DNA of 64,000 bases. Origin: Callorhinchus milii. Lineage: Eukaryota. The stretch spans positions 109,990,001 to 110,054,000 of the forward strand of contig NW_024704743.1 in NCBI RefSeq assembly GCF_018977255.1, read 5' to 3'. A program made the position numbers and the translations under genes. The notes beneath the pieces are model-generated. The model had not been told where the DNA came from and did no database searches. It was given only the letters and a program-made list of their open reading frames with translations. Below, piece by piece: positions 11,943 to 25,136 of this stretch (positions within the stretch are counted from its first letter, which is position 1; each line of letters starts with the position of its first letter).

Positions 11943-12310
11943 AATAATCCATGTATTTCATATAACTCATCACGTTGTTCAAATGTCTCAAAATACTTCT
12001 CAGGATTTTAGTATAATTGTTTAGTGTAATGTTTGTATTTTTATGTGCAAATGCAGCAGATACTTTGTACACAGCAAACAGCTATGAAGTGAATGATTGA
12101 TTTTATCTGGGTGATGTCAGCCAGGACACCGGATGAAACTCCTTTTATTTTCCAGAATAGTGCAATAGTATGTTTAACAGGCTGATATGACCTCAGTTAA
12201 TATCTCATCCGAAGCACCGCAGCACTGCACTAGACTACACATGAACTCAAAGCCTCGATGTGGCACAAGCTTCTGTATCAGAGGCAAAAATGCTACCAAC
12301 TGAACCAGAC
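11943..12310 (-). mobile_element. Deu-type SINE
   Basis: ccaggacaccgg..acctcagttaatatctcatccgaag..ttctgtatcagaggcaaaaatgctaccaactgaacc. Confidence 0.75.
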
Positions 12311-12829
12311 TAATTATATGTTCTTGGTCTGGTTGTTGGAAGGAAAGCTGTTCTTTAAGTGTCAAAATGTCTGTTTGAGCGTTGTATAGGGTGTCAATCA
12401 CACAAGGGCTCACTGCTTTCGGGCTCAAGGAAGACGTCCATATATGTAGCAACTCCGCCACCTCTTTTCACAGGGGTTTGCTCTTGGTAGAGCTCGCTGA
12501 GACATAGATCAATTATTCATGGTTGCCAATCATGCATGTTGAGCATGGTCAATTGGTTGAGACAGAACCAATTTTGTAGCGATGAATTATGTTTCTGTGT
12601 GCACTGTGTGAGTCAGGGTCTGTCCAACTCTGTTTACCTGCCTGTGCCCCTCCGCTTAACCAAAGCTTGTTAGCCTTGACGCTGCAATTCTCTGTTAAAA
12701 TCTTTGTGCCTTGTCTTGCCACCTTCATAACTTGCCTCAAAACTCATCTGTTTAACTGTGTCTGTAGCCAACTCCCTTTCCTCCTCTGCTGGTGATTCCC
12801 ATTGTGGGATGGCTTTCACAGTATAATCA

Positions 12830-12951
12830 GCATTGGAACAATTTAATGGGAAAACATTGAGGGATACATGTCAAGCAAATGCCAGGATGATGGAAGGTGA
12901 ACTGGATGGACCTTGTTCTTCTTTCGCCTAGCAAGTTCTTATGTTCTTATA
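12830..12951 (+). mobile_element. CR1 3' UTR end
   Basis: gaactggatggaccttg...ttcttatgttcttat terminal octamer repeat; same family as 45570-45783. Confidence 0.7.
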
Positions 12952-13129
12952 CTGATGGAACAGCAGAAACATGGGATTAATGGAAAAGGACAATTTAAAG
13001 AAAAAAACACAAGAGGTGAGGAGGTGGTGACACAGGCACAATGGGATGAATTGTCTCCTTCTGCGCTGAAACTGTCTACGTCATTGTGAAACACTTTGAG
13101 ATGTTCATCCAGGTGAAAGGTATTTAATC

Positions 13130-13412
13130 TCACCCCCTCCACCTCGGCTGAGTTGGACCTGCTGCCCTTCCCCATCACTATTGGTGGCTGAGCTTTCACC
13201 TATTTCCCCCGTCCCCCTGTCTCTCTTTGAATCCTGCCTAAAAGCAGATCTCTTTTGCTCCCCTCCCCCTCTCTTTTCTCCCTTGTCCGGGGTCTGAGTT
13301 CAAGATCCTCTCCCTTACCTACAGGTGCCTTCATGTCCTAGCACCTTTTCACCTCTTAGCACCTCTTCACCTCTGTGGAAGGCGCTATACAAATGTAATT
13401 TGTTGTTGTTGT
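13130..13412 (+). mobile_element. L2 3' fragment
   Basis: cactattggtggctgagctttc...aaggcgctatacaaatgtaatttgttgttgttg. Confidence 0.75.
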
Positions 13413-15099
13413 ATCCTGTGAAATGCTTTGAGATGTCTTGACAATGTGAAAAACCACTGCATCAAATGCAAGGATTATTATTATATTACGAGCACCTCCC
13501 TGCCTCTTCCTCCTCCCTCTGGTGTAAAGTGCCCCGAGACATTACTCTAGTGAAGGCGCTACATAAATGCAATTTGTTATTGCTTTTATATCGTTATTTA
13601 ATGCTCTATTTGTATAGACAAACAGAAATGCTGCCTCTTTAAATTGGCAGAGAGAAAAATCATACTGTGTTTTTTAATTTATCAAGGGGCTCTAGATGCT
13701 TAATGTCAGACAGGGAAAAACACACTTTTACCAATTGCATAATTTAAAGGTTTTAGCATAAAATAGATTTCTTCTTAGTGGCAAATGTAGAAAATGTTTA
13801 GCCTCTGGTTTAATAGGGGTTCCAATTCACCAAGGTCATTAAATATTCATTTTTTAATTAACTGACTTTATTCCATCACATTTACTTAAGCTAAAAAGAT
13901 GTTTCTGGTCTAAAACTTTAATTTTCTCAATGGGAATTATTACTATGGGAATGAAGACATGTTCCTGCTGTTCTTAAAATAGTTAAACAATGCAGAAACT
14001 GACATATATTATCCTGCTTAGCTATTTGTTGGAAGCTGAATTTTATTTAACGCTTTGTTTTAATGTGGTTTTGTCAGGACATCAAAGTAGTAGTTCCACT
14101 GTAGTGTAAATTAATTATCCTTGATGCCAAAATGTCTCAAAAGTACTTTGCAGCAATTGCTGGTGAGTGGAGAGGCTGTATATTTGTTGGTGACGCAAAC
14201 AATTTGTGCATAGCAATGCCCATTGTGAGGCACCCTGCTATAGCATGGGTGCTGTTGATAGCATTTGTGCCTGTGGATACAGAACACCTCTAGCTTCTGG
14301 CACGGGCTTACTCGCTTCCTGTGCACAGCTCACAGGCTTTGTGGTATTTAGTGGTATCCGAGCAACCACTGGAAATGCCTTCAACCTGCCAACCCAGAAG
14401 TACTCAATGGCGGCTATCTTCATAGCACATCCTGTTATAATAGCATGGTCTGATCTTTACTGTCCCAACCATCCCAAAAACCAATGGGATCTGACCACTA
14501 TCCCCAGTTAAATGTTATGTCCTTAGCTTCAGTTGATATAAGAATGGAGTGGGGTTTGGAATAATAATAATAATAATATTAATTATTACTAATAATAGGA
14601 ATTCAAATTTGCCCACAGCAATGTCCCACAAATAGGCAAGAAGTGAATCATCAATTTTATCTGGTCAGGACATCGGGACAAACTCCCTATTCTTTCTGAA
14701 TAGTGCCATGGGTTCTGAGCAGTAATTTAGGAGGCACCAAGACAGTAGTTTTTGTTCAGCCAGAAGAGAATTGGTGAGGGGGCACAAGATCCTGGATAAT
14801 TAGAAAATCAAGCGCTCCGAGATGCTGTCCAGCATAAAGGGTGCTATATAAATTCAAGTTGTTATTGTTGATTGGAACAAGTTGTTAGGAAAGATGGTTG
14901 ATATCAAGATACTGGACTTATTTCACACGATTGGTGATCCTGGATCATGAACCCTCTCACTCCTTTTTATTCCACTGCAAACATATCAGTCTTACTGATC
15001 TCCCTCCCCAAACCAGAGCCAAAAACCCTTGAATTATCATTGGCATTCTTCTTTGTGCTTCTTTCGATGACACTTTTCCAATGTCGCCAATGGTTCAAA

Positions 15100-15290
15100 G
15101 TCACTTTAATGCAGAGTGCCCAAAACCCTTACAATATTGCAAATGTGGTCTCAACTGCGATCTATACAAGATTAAGCTTAGAAGAGTAACTTTCAGTCTG
15201 TAATAGTCAGATGTCCTTGAGATACATTCCAGCATCTGATTAGCCTTGTTGATAACCGCTTGGTATCGGATACTTTCTGTGAACAATTAA
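15100..15290 (-). mobile_element. CR1-clade ORF2 fragment
   Basis: AVINKANQMLECISR...LYRSQLRPHLQYC matches the CR1 motif KANRMLGCI..LY..LVRPHLEYC. Confidence 0.85.
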
Positions 15291-16439
15291 TAATCCACCC
15301 TGTCCTTTTCTGTCTTCTCTCTGCCGCTGATGGACATTCCTTCATTGTACAGATGACAGAAGGAAAGTAAATCTTTCCACAGGTAATTGTTGAATTGAAT
15401 TCTGCAGTATAAGGTCAAACCTTTTATAAATAGGAATTGATCATCCCCGTGTCAAAGTAAGAAGAAGTTGGAGATTGGGTAAAAATGAAGGATCAAAGTC
15501 TGGAGGGAAACCTAGTTCCTATCCAGTTACAATCAGAGTCTGACTCTGGTTATAACAGGGCAATGAGTGGGGAGAATTTGGTTATAACGTAGTAATTAGT
15601 TATTGTGCAGCCACTCGCCAGCACATCTGTGGATGTGTGATCATTGTTAATGTTACCAAGTCCCACCATGCCACCATATTGTGGCAGAAAGCCAGTGGCT
15701 CCCTCTTTCGTGCACGTTTTCTCAGCATTTACCGAGGTTGATGCTTATGTCTGGAGGAACTCTGCACTTTGTAGAAAGCTGGCCGGTCAGTGTCGGCAGC
15801 AAGACGTAAACCTCACTTCAACATAATGTAGGTCAACTTTGCATCCCGTGATTTTTAAAACATTTCTTTTCAACTGTGCTTTCAATCATTTTTTGTTTCT
15901 CCCTCCTAACCACCCCCACCACCACCAAAAGCTTGGAGCCCCCAGTCAGCCTTTGAGAGGTGCAGTTTAAATGAAAATTGGTGTTTAATAGGAACTGAAG
16001 CGTGCTGTAAACGGGATCAGACTGCATAAAGAAAAGGAGTCGTTCTTCTTTTTAACTCGGCATTTACTTGTTATTCTATACCAGCTATCCTGTGAATTTC
16101 CTTGTGAACCTCAACTTAATTGACTGTTCTTTCAAGTTGCTCCCAGATCGGTTTCTCTCGTATTCCAGGTACCTGTGATCGCTCAGCTAGTAAGTTCTTT
16201 GAGAGCCATTTACAAATTTCCATTATCAGTTGAGCTGCCGAGTCACTTTCAATTTTCTCCTGGAGCACGGTGCTTTGTCAGTCTGGAATCCACACTGAAG
16301 CACTTTTATATTATCTTTTGCTCTTCAGGCCTCAGTGTGATCTTAAAATGGAAGTAAAATCCTGTTGATAACGTCGGTCATTTCAAAGACTGAACTTTGA
16401 GCAACCATAGGTTTATCAATTTATTGCTGTAATAATAAT

Positions 16440-16716
16440 AACAATAAGATCCTTGCATTTGATACAGCGCCTCCAATATTGAAATGTCTCAAAGTGCTTC
16501 ACAGGGAATTGCTGTCAAGTGTAGTGACTGTGCTTTTGTGCGCCGCAAAGTCCCCTACAAATAGCCATGAGGTGATTAACCAATTTGCCTGTTGGCAAGT
16601 GACTACTGGGAGAAGTTCTGTTACAATAATATTGTGGGAAGTTTAACGCCAGCTGAACAGGCAGATGGGACCTCAGCTTAGCATCTCATTCAAAGGATGG
16701 CACCTCCAACAATGCA
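16440..16716 (-). mobile_element. Deu-type SINE
   Basis: ctgaacaggcagatgggacctcagcttagcatctcattcaaaggatggcacctccaacaatgca. Confidence 0.8.
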
Positions 16717-17054
16717 ACTTGAACTCCTTTCCAACGCAGTTGTGATAAGATCACCATAGGCTGCTGATCCTAGTCGTCCCCCCCCCACCGATTTAAAATA
16801 TTCAGACACCAAATTACATAAATTAACAGTCACCCAATTATATAAATGACAGATTGGAGCATATCCTTGGTGTAAGCATTGTTTACGTAGGTCAGGCGCC
16901 AAATGCTAAAGTACAAATGGTAACTTTTTAAAAATTTTGTGTATTTCTATATATCCCCCAAAAAAACACCCCAACCAAGTCATAACAGGATTTCAATGTA
17001 TCTCAAATCTATTATTCTGCTCTTCTCCATCAATCGTTAATAATAACATAAAAT

Positions 17055-17328
17055 ACAATAATGTTTGCATTTGATATGGCGTCTTATCATGTCTTCGAGA
17101 CGTTTAAAGCTCTTCACAGAACATACTGGAAAGTGAATTGACTGTATATTTTGTGGGCGGAACGTGGCAGTCATTTGCCCAAAGCAGTGTCCCACAAACA
17201 GTCGGGGATTGAGCGGCCAATTTATTTATTTATTTTCTTGAAGCGATTATTACCCCCAGAAAAGCGATCCGCCAATCGATTAACAGCCGGGTTCCTACTT
17301 ACTGCTAGGTAAGCAGAGGCGTGTGGAG
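17055..17328 (-). mobile_element. tRNA-Ala SINE long variant, 5'-truncated
   Basis: Internal segment gggttcctacttactgctaggtaagcagaggcgtgtggag plus tail. Confidence 0.88.
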
Positions 17329-17796
17329 CAATATATATGTATGTATAGGCACACATATTTACACACAGATGTATACAATATTAGCGCTCACAGGCAGACT
17401 GTGTTTAGTCTGATGATTTTCTTCTGAGATCTCCAGGAATCTTGTTTCCCCACCACAAATGCCTGGAGCTCGATGCGCAAACACCTTCTTGTAAACCTTT
17501 TTTTCTGTCTCATGCAAAAGTGACCTTCTGTTGGAGCATTTCTCAAGCGCTGCTATTTTTAATGGTCAGTTGCTCGGGCAACGGGTTTCACTGTGAGCGT
17601 ACTACCTATGTGCATTCAGGATTCTCACTAACAGGGCTGAGAGTGCTTTTCAGTAAACTGCAAGGAACTCCAGGCTGCTGAGGTAGGGACATCACTGGGA
17701 AACAAGATCTGAGACTCCTTTTGACAGGTGGGAGCAGTGGGAGGGTGGACAAGTATTTGACCTCCTTGGTCAACTTGGCTATTTTGTTCAAGTCCA

Positions 17797-17915
17797 CAAA
17801 TTCGCCCACAAATATACAGTCAATTCACTTTCCAGTCTATTCTGTGAAGCGTTTTGAGATGTCGAGAAGACGTGAAAAGCGCTATATCAAATGCAAGGAT
17901 CATTATTATTATATA
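17797..17915 (+). mobile_element. SINE 3' tail fragment
   Basis: cccacaaatatacagtcaattcac...gacgtgaaaagcgctatatcaaatgcaagg. Confidence 0.85.
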
Positions 17916-18884
17916 TTATAAATCGGACACTGTGTGTGCGGTGGGGGGGTGGGGGGTGGGCGCGGTGGGAGGTGATGCGGGATTGAAAAGACACTCCCTG
18001 GCAACGTGGGAGTGTGATTGAGCCCTTGAGCTGCATTCTCCAGTGGCAACAACAACAAATTACATTTCAAATTACCTTTACATTACAAATTATAAATTAC
18101 AATTACATAGAGACGTAGAAGACTCTATACAAATGTAATTTGTTGTTGCCACCAGAGAATACACCTTGTTGCATAAAGTGTGTTTTCTCCAGGGAATCCC
18201 CAGGATGTTACAGCAAACATTCACTATTTCCCCACAGGGTCCTTACACCGTGGTCAATTTTGCACTGTTCCTCAATTAGGAAATGTTGAAGGACAATTCC
18301 TTCCTCTACATATATATACACATACACACACGTGCAGTTAGTGGGGTAACCCATTGTCCAGTAACATGAGCTGTACGTCCAATGTGTGGCATGGCCAGCC
18401 TCTGGAAGAAACCATTGAGAATGGGGTCGGGAGGTGGGGAGGTCCAGCACCCTTGTCGGGGTGTTCAAGCATCATCAGGTTGTTTTCCTCAACATGTGTG
18501 TTAATTAGCACAGGTTTATCATTGCCTGATTTGTGACATGTACTGTGCATACAGTATTAATGCACCACAGTTTGATTCACAATCAAATGCCCTCAGGATG
18601 AATCCTGGTTGCGTTCATTGACTTTCCTTCTGGACCTTTGCCAATTTAAACTCACCCATTGAAAACATGTTTTTCATATTTTCCAATCAATGTTCAATAT
18701 GGATACAGTTATTTATATTTCCTCTTTGAATGCCAGGGGCATGTTTACTTGTTCAAACCTTGTCCAGACAGTAGGAACCACTATGTTGATCTACCTATAA
18801 GATGGGTCTTTCTACAGAGCAACTATATTAACTACAGCTTTCAATGGCTTTGAAAACAAAACTTTATCAGATTTTACATTGAAT

Positions 18885-19180
18885 AACAAAGACCGCAGAC
18901 CATTTGGCCCAACCAATCCATGCTGGTTTTAATCCTCCATGTGAGGCTCCTTATACCTGCCTAAGCTCCCCACCTGTACTACTTTATTTTCTTCTTCCTC
19001 ATATATGCATTCGATCATCTTAAATACGGTGATGCTTTCTGCTTCAACCACAGCTTCCGACAGTGAGTTCTACATTCTCACTGCCCTTGGGGTGAAGAAA
19101 TTCCTCCTAAACTCCCTTTTCGATGTGCTATTGGTTATCTTATATTCATGCCCCTCTTGTTTTGGACTCTTCAGCAAATG
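18885..19180 (-). mobile_element. CR1 3' fragment
   Basis: gaccatttggcccaac..ctgcttcaaccac..gagttctacattctcactgcccttggggtgaagaaattcctcct (RNFFTPR..R.WN on - strand). Confidence 0.8.
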
Positions 19181-19483
19181 GTAGCCTAATTAAGCCTAAT
19201 TAGGTCTTTTAGTTTTCTATAGTTGTATTTAAAGTTAGCCTTTAGGATTTATTGTATTACTTTTGAGGTTAATATTACAATAATAACCTATTACTTCACT
19301 GTTGGTGTTCATTTTATTAACGAGCTGAAAAAATGTCAAATTAATTTGTAGGATAAAGAGAGCTCAGATTCAGGGAGTGTGAAGGAGAAATGCAGATCAC
19401 TCACTTGGGTGTTTGAGGCCAGGATGCTGAGACTCTTTTAAGAAATGTCTTGGTGCTGCAATGGGGGGACATTAGGGTGGATG

Positions 19484-19749
19484 TTCCAGACAGGGCGAAA
19501 CCTTGGGCAAGTTTCCTTACTCCACACGCCTAATAATAATCCCTCCAAAACCAAAAACAATAATAAATTGGTCATTTTCAATCTACGACTGTTTGTGGGA
19601 CATTGCTGTGCGCAATTGGCTGCCGCGTTCGCCCACAAATATAGTCAATTCACTTTACAGTGGGTTCTGTGAAGCACTTTGGGTCGTCCTCCCGACGTGA
19701 AAAGCGCTATATCAAATGCAAGGTTATTATTATTATTATTATTATTATT
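19484..19749 (+). mobile_element. tRNA-Ala SINE short variant, 5'-truncated
   Basis: Near-identical to 4134-4400. Confidence 0.9.
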
Positions 19750-20689
19750 GCAATGACTGTGCATTGAGGGTGTTTGGGCAGCCATTTGCGCACAACTTGA
19801 ACCTGTATAGATCTATTTCACATTAAAACATCCCAAAGTCCTGTAATACCACTGAAGTATAGTGACTGTTAATTTGTAGGCAACCCCTGCTCTCAAATTT
19901 TTTTTGATTTGCTTTCAGATGTTTCGAAGACATGAGATACAGCACTATATCAAATGCAAGGATTATTATTATTTTATTGTAATTGTACTCAGCAATATCC
20001 TACAAATGGTCTAAAGTGAATGACCAATTTTATCTGGAGGATCATTGGCCAAGGACACTGGGGGAAGCTCCCTTTTTTTGAACAGTGCCATGGGATCTTT
20101 CATGTCACCTGATCCTCTGTGCAGATGGTGTTCAGAAAGCTTTTAGCTTCCGAGTTCTGCTCTTACAATTGGCGTGCAGGTTTCCCACGGCTGGTCGTGT
20201 TCTAAAGTCCTTATAGTTCTATCAGTACTGTATTAGCTACGCTCTCTATCAGAAAGTCTGAATTATGAAATGATGGATCCGTGCCTCCAAAATTCCCATT
20301 GGCTCACACCTTCCATTTCCTGGGATGATTTAATTTTGTTATTGTCATCTTTTGGTAGCAGCACATTTGTTATGCTGCTAAATGGGCTATCAATCCAATT
20401 TGACTTCCATGGATGCCGAACTTCAAATATTTCTACAGGCAATCACATTTAATCTCCCGGTTGACTGGCAAGTGTGACAAAAGTTCCAATAGGACAAATG
20501 CTTTTGTGCGTGATTACTGAGGAGTGTAAGGAATGCATTTTTCTTCTCAGAGATAAATGACACTAGCCACGCGTCATGTGCTTGCAAAGAGGTAAGTATT
20601 GAGGTCGCAAATCATCTATTTAAAAACCCTATCTAAAGCTAGTAAGTTTTGCGACAGGTTGCACTTGATGTTGTATGCTTTAATGATGA

Positions 20690-21050
20690 TGATAATCCTT
20701 GCATTTGATATAACATCTCAAAGAGTGTAGTGAATAATTGTAGGCGAATACAGCAGGCAAATTGCACACTTACAATATCCCACAGGCAGTCGTGAAGCGA
20801 ATGAGTAATATTACCAGGAAGATTGTTGGCCAGGACACTGGGAGAAAATGTCTTCTCTTTTTATAGCACAGCAGGATCTTTAGTATCCACCTGAACTGGT
20901 AGATGTGGATTGGATTTAATATCTCATTCCAAAGGATGGTGCTTCTGGCATAGCAGGGCTCTACCCAGTTCTGAAGCATCAATCTCGCCCGTGCCCTCAA
21001 AGTCTCAACGTGGAACTTGAAACCACAGTCTTCTGACTCAGAGACAAGAG
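20690..21050 (-). mobile_element. Deu-type SINE
   Basis: gttggccaggacactgggag..ggatctttagtatccacctgaac..atctcattccaaaggatggtgc. Confidence 0.8.
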
Positions 21051-22714
21051 TATGGATCTGGTTATGGTTAATATTTATATTTACAGTAAATTCTGTGAAG
21101 CGCTCTGAGACATCCTTTCATTGTGAAAGGCACTATATCAAATTTAAGTTTTTTTTTAATAAGCTGTAATGACAGATGGTAACTCTGACAAATGCAGTGT
21201 CCCCTCTCCTCCAAAAGTACGGAAGCTGAGTGTCGGCCTCAGCTATGAGGTCAAAGTCCCAATGCTGAGGACTTGAGCTCTCAACTGTATGACCCAGAGT
21301 GAGAAAAATGCCAACTGAATCAGCCTGACACCTATGGTCAAGTAAAATGTAAGTTATCTGGATCTGTCTAAAAACAAGCACCATGAAAATAGCTCAGAGA
21401 CGCCAGCTAGCACTGAATGGCGACTGCTGACAAAGTCTCGGAACACATAGCAACATCTGAAGATTGAGGAGTTCAGACTCTTCCTTTCACAGGCGAATAA
21501 TCACCCGAGGAAGAGGTTGTGCCAAACAATTACTTAAGTGTTCCCTGTTCTCATTAATTCGTGCTGGAGAGTTTCAAAGCATTCTGAGAGCATTTGAAAG
21601 GGATTTGGAGACACTTTGACGAGTAGGCATCGAGAACCATTGTGCTCTCCTTCAGCCTCTTACCGCTCGAATACTTTCCAGAGAAGGATTGAATGAGATG
21701 ACAGAGTAAACATCCGCTCAGTCTGTTGCTTTGTGGGAGGCAGTCAACAGGTTCTCGTCGCGACATGGTTTGAATAAGAATAAAATAATATTCATTCTTT
21801 CATTTGATATAGCACCTATAAACCTCGAAAAATGCTTCATCGATAATTACTGTCAATGTCTGTTGGACATTAAAACAAAGTCCCATCTTTCTGTTCAGGT
21901 GGACTTTGAAGATCATATTAACACTCCATATGTCTCTATTTAATTCCCTTTCAAGTATCACTGATCAACTTGGCTGTAGTTGTGACTAGGCATTTATAGG
22001 CAAAAAAATTGAGTTTTGCACAAAAGACTGCGGTGAATTGAACAGCCAATTTTATCTGGAGGGATATTGAGCCAGGATGCAGGAGAAATGCCCTTCTCTT
22101 TTTCAATAACAATGCAGGATCTTTAACCTGTATTGGATCGTCAACTAGTCTGTGAGTTTAAATCCCAAAGTGGGCCTTGAATTTACAACCTTCTGATTTA
22201 CAGGTGAGAGTGGTGCTGACTGAACCAGACTCTGTGTTGTGATAACCGTGTTTGTGTTTTGCCTGCAAAATATACAGTCAATTCACTAACAGTATATTCT
22301 GTGAAGTGGTTTGGGACGTCTCAATGACGTGATAAGGCGCTATATCAATTTCAAGGATGATTATTATAATTAACATGACATATATAATATTCCTTATATT
22401 TGATATTGCACATTTTACATCATAGGATTTACACAGCATGTACATCACAGGGTTTACTGTAAAGTGTAGTGATTGGGTTCTGCATTTGCCTACAAAAATA
22501 CAGTCACTATACTTTGCATTGAATCCTGTGAAGCACTTTGAGACAGCCTCCTGATGTAAGAGTACAAGATCAAATGCAACAGCTATTAATATACTATATC
22601 TCACTATTTTTTGACTTCTGTATTTTTCCTCTACCTGGTGTGTGCTGCTGTGAAGCCTTGAGGATGCCTCCAGCACATCACCCAGACCTATAAGTTCATG
22701 TCATTAGTTCATTG

Positions 22715-23175
22715 GAGCTACTGATAGTCCAGTCTGGCTGGCTCATCAGCAGGATTTGGGAGGGCTGACCAGTCACTGGTGGCAGGGATCCTCCCACTCA
22801 GTTCCTGTTAACAAAGAGTTCCAAAGCACACTCTCGGGTCCCCAAGCCTTGCCAACCTGCGCTTAATACTTTTCGGAATTAGATAATCACCACCAACAAC
22901 AACAATAACTTGCACTTATATAGCTTCCCAGAGCGCTTAACGGTGGCAGAGCCTAAATATGAGCCGGGGGTGGGGGGGGGAGGTGACTATAAGCACGGTC
23001 GAAAAGGAAGGTTTTCAGGCTGGACTTAAAAAAGAGCAGAGAGGGGGCTAAGTGGAGGGATGAGGGAGAGAGTGCGCATTCCATTCCAACAATCTATTTC
23101 TGGATTTTCCATGTATAGGTGGGATGCAAGGAATTCTCAGTTTGGTTTGGATACTCTTAAGCACGGTGATGGGTT
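22715..23175 (+). repeat. Family X copy 2 (internally deleted; L2 tail inserted at ~22893-23072)
   Basis: ggctcatcagcaggatttgg...taatacttttcggaattag...tttggtttggatactcttaagcacggtgatg. Confidence 0.8.
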
Positions 23176-23892
23176 TCTGCATGTGTCAGAACCCCAAAAA
23201 TGGAGCCTTTGGCATCAATTTTTTTTAAATTGCCCAACTACATTTATATATTATACAGTAAAAACGAATCATGATTTCAGTATCTGCAGCCCGAATGTGC
23301 AAAATGCAGTTGCAAAAAAAATGCAGGTCTATTCAATTAACTATAATTTCCAAGGTCTCCTTGCACGAAGGAACATAGACTGACTGGAGCAGAGCCTCTC
23401 CCCTTGTTCATGACTCAGCTGTGTGTATTTTACAAAGCATGAATGTTCTATTTTGTCCTTCATTTGGATGGGAGAGATGGGTCTATCCATGAAAGTGGTT
23501 TCTAGTTGTTTTATTCTTGTCAAAAACCTATAGTTCTATTTGAACATTCTATCCCAGAGAGTATCAATCTGCATGAAGTGCCTGTAGCACACATGATAAT
23601 TGATTCCTGGTGCTGCTTTTGTTGCCACTGTAAATAGCGAATGGGAGGGGGGGATACAATTTGAGGCTATGGACTGATGCCCAAGTGGAGACTGAATAGA
23701 CTGCCTTAACACAAATTTGCTTATTATCCATCAAAGGCACATTGATGTCTCATTAGTGATTCTTCAGATAGGCTTATTTGACACAGCAGTGAGTTTCAAA
23801 ACCCAACTCAACTTATGTCCCTTGACATTGGCAACTAGACCAACTCTGCACCCAGGAAATTCAAGCCTCTGAAGATCGGGGATTCATGGAAG

Positions 23893-24636
23893 CTCAGAGT
23901 TGGGACTTTGAACTCACAGTCTACGCTGACAATCAAACCAGTGCTGTAGGAGCACTGCATTATCAGAGGTGACATCCTTTAGACAAGACGTTAAACAAAG
24001 GCCCTGTCTGCCTGTTCGGGTGGACATTAAGGATCCATGGCACTATTTGACAGGAGAAGGGAATTTCTCTTGGTATCATGGCCAGTAATCCCCTGTATAA
24101 AATTGGTCAACAACGACAACTTGCACTTATATAGCGCCCTCCACGCAGGGTAACGTCTCAGAGCGCTTAACAATGGCGGAGCCTGACTCCGAGCCGGTGG
24201 GAGTGGGGAGGGAGATGGCCGTAAGCACAGCCAAACAGGAAAGTCTTCAGCCAGGACTTGAAAAAGGGGAGAAAGGGGGCAAGGCAGGGGAATTGAGGGA
24301 GAGTGTTCCAGAGTTTTTGGGTGTAGTGGCTGAAAGCACGACCTCCGATGGTGGGGAGGAGAGTGTGAGGGATGAGCAGGAGGTCGGTGCCAATCGAGCA
24401 GAGGCACCAGGTGATGGATTGGGCAGTGAAGAGGTCGGAGAGGTAGGAAGGCGCCAGAGAGTGAAGGGATTTGAACACGAGAGTGAGAACCTTGAAGTCT
24501 TGAAGTCTAGTCACTCATTTCATGGTTGTTTGCGGGACATTGCTGTGTGCAATTTAGCTGCCTTGTTCACTAGACTTTACAGTAAATTCTGTGAAGTCCT
24601 GATGTGAAAGGCAGTATGTCAAATGTAAGGATAATT
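23893..24636 (+). mobile_element. Deu-type SINE split by an L2 insertion
   Basis: Body 23893-24108 ends aaaattggtca; resumes tagtcactcatttcatggttgtttgcgggac at ~24508. Confidence 0.8.
24109..24505 (-). mobile_element. L2 3' fragment
   Basis: DFKVLTLVFKSLHSLAPSYLSDL..TIGGRAFS..KLWNTLP..FKSWLKTFLF. Confidence 0.92.
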
Positions 24637-24777
24637 TTCTAGTAATTGGGATGTGGGTGAGCCAAGAGAGGGGGGAAAGGGGTTAGGATCTGTACCCAGA
24701 TGTTTTCGGCCGTTTTTTGGGAAAGGATTTTGATCGAAGAGAGAGGCTTTTAAAAATGTTCTGCAGTAGGGCGAGAA

Positions 24778-25136
24778 TATAATAATAATAAAAATCCTTG
24801 TATTTGATATAGCACCTCATTATGTCTTCAAACCACTCAAAGCGCTTCACAGAATATACTGTGAAGTGAATTGACTGTATATTTTGTGGGCAAAACGCAG
24901 CAGCCAATTATGCACAGCAGTGTGCCACAAACAGTCATGGATTGAGTGACCTTATTATTATCTTGAAGGAATTATTACCCCCGGAAAAGCGATCCGCCAA
25001 TTGACTAACAACTGGGTTCCTAATTACTGTTAGGTAAACAGAGGCATGTGGAGTAAGGAAACTTGTCCAACGTTTCGCTTTGTCGAGAATCAAACCCATG
25101 TCCTCTCGCTTGCGGGGAGAATGCTACAGGACTCCA
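24778..25136 (-). mobile_element. tRNA-Ala SINE long variant
   Basis: Head gctacaggactcc (small deletion), internal segment, tail. Confidence 0.9.
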
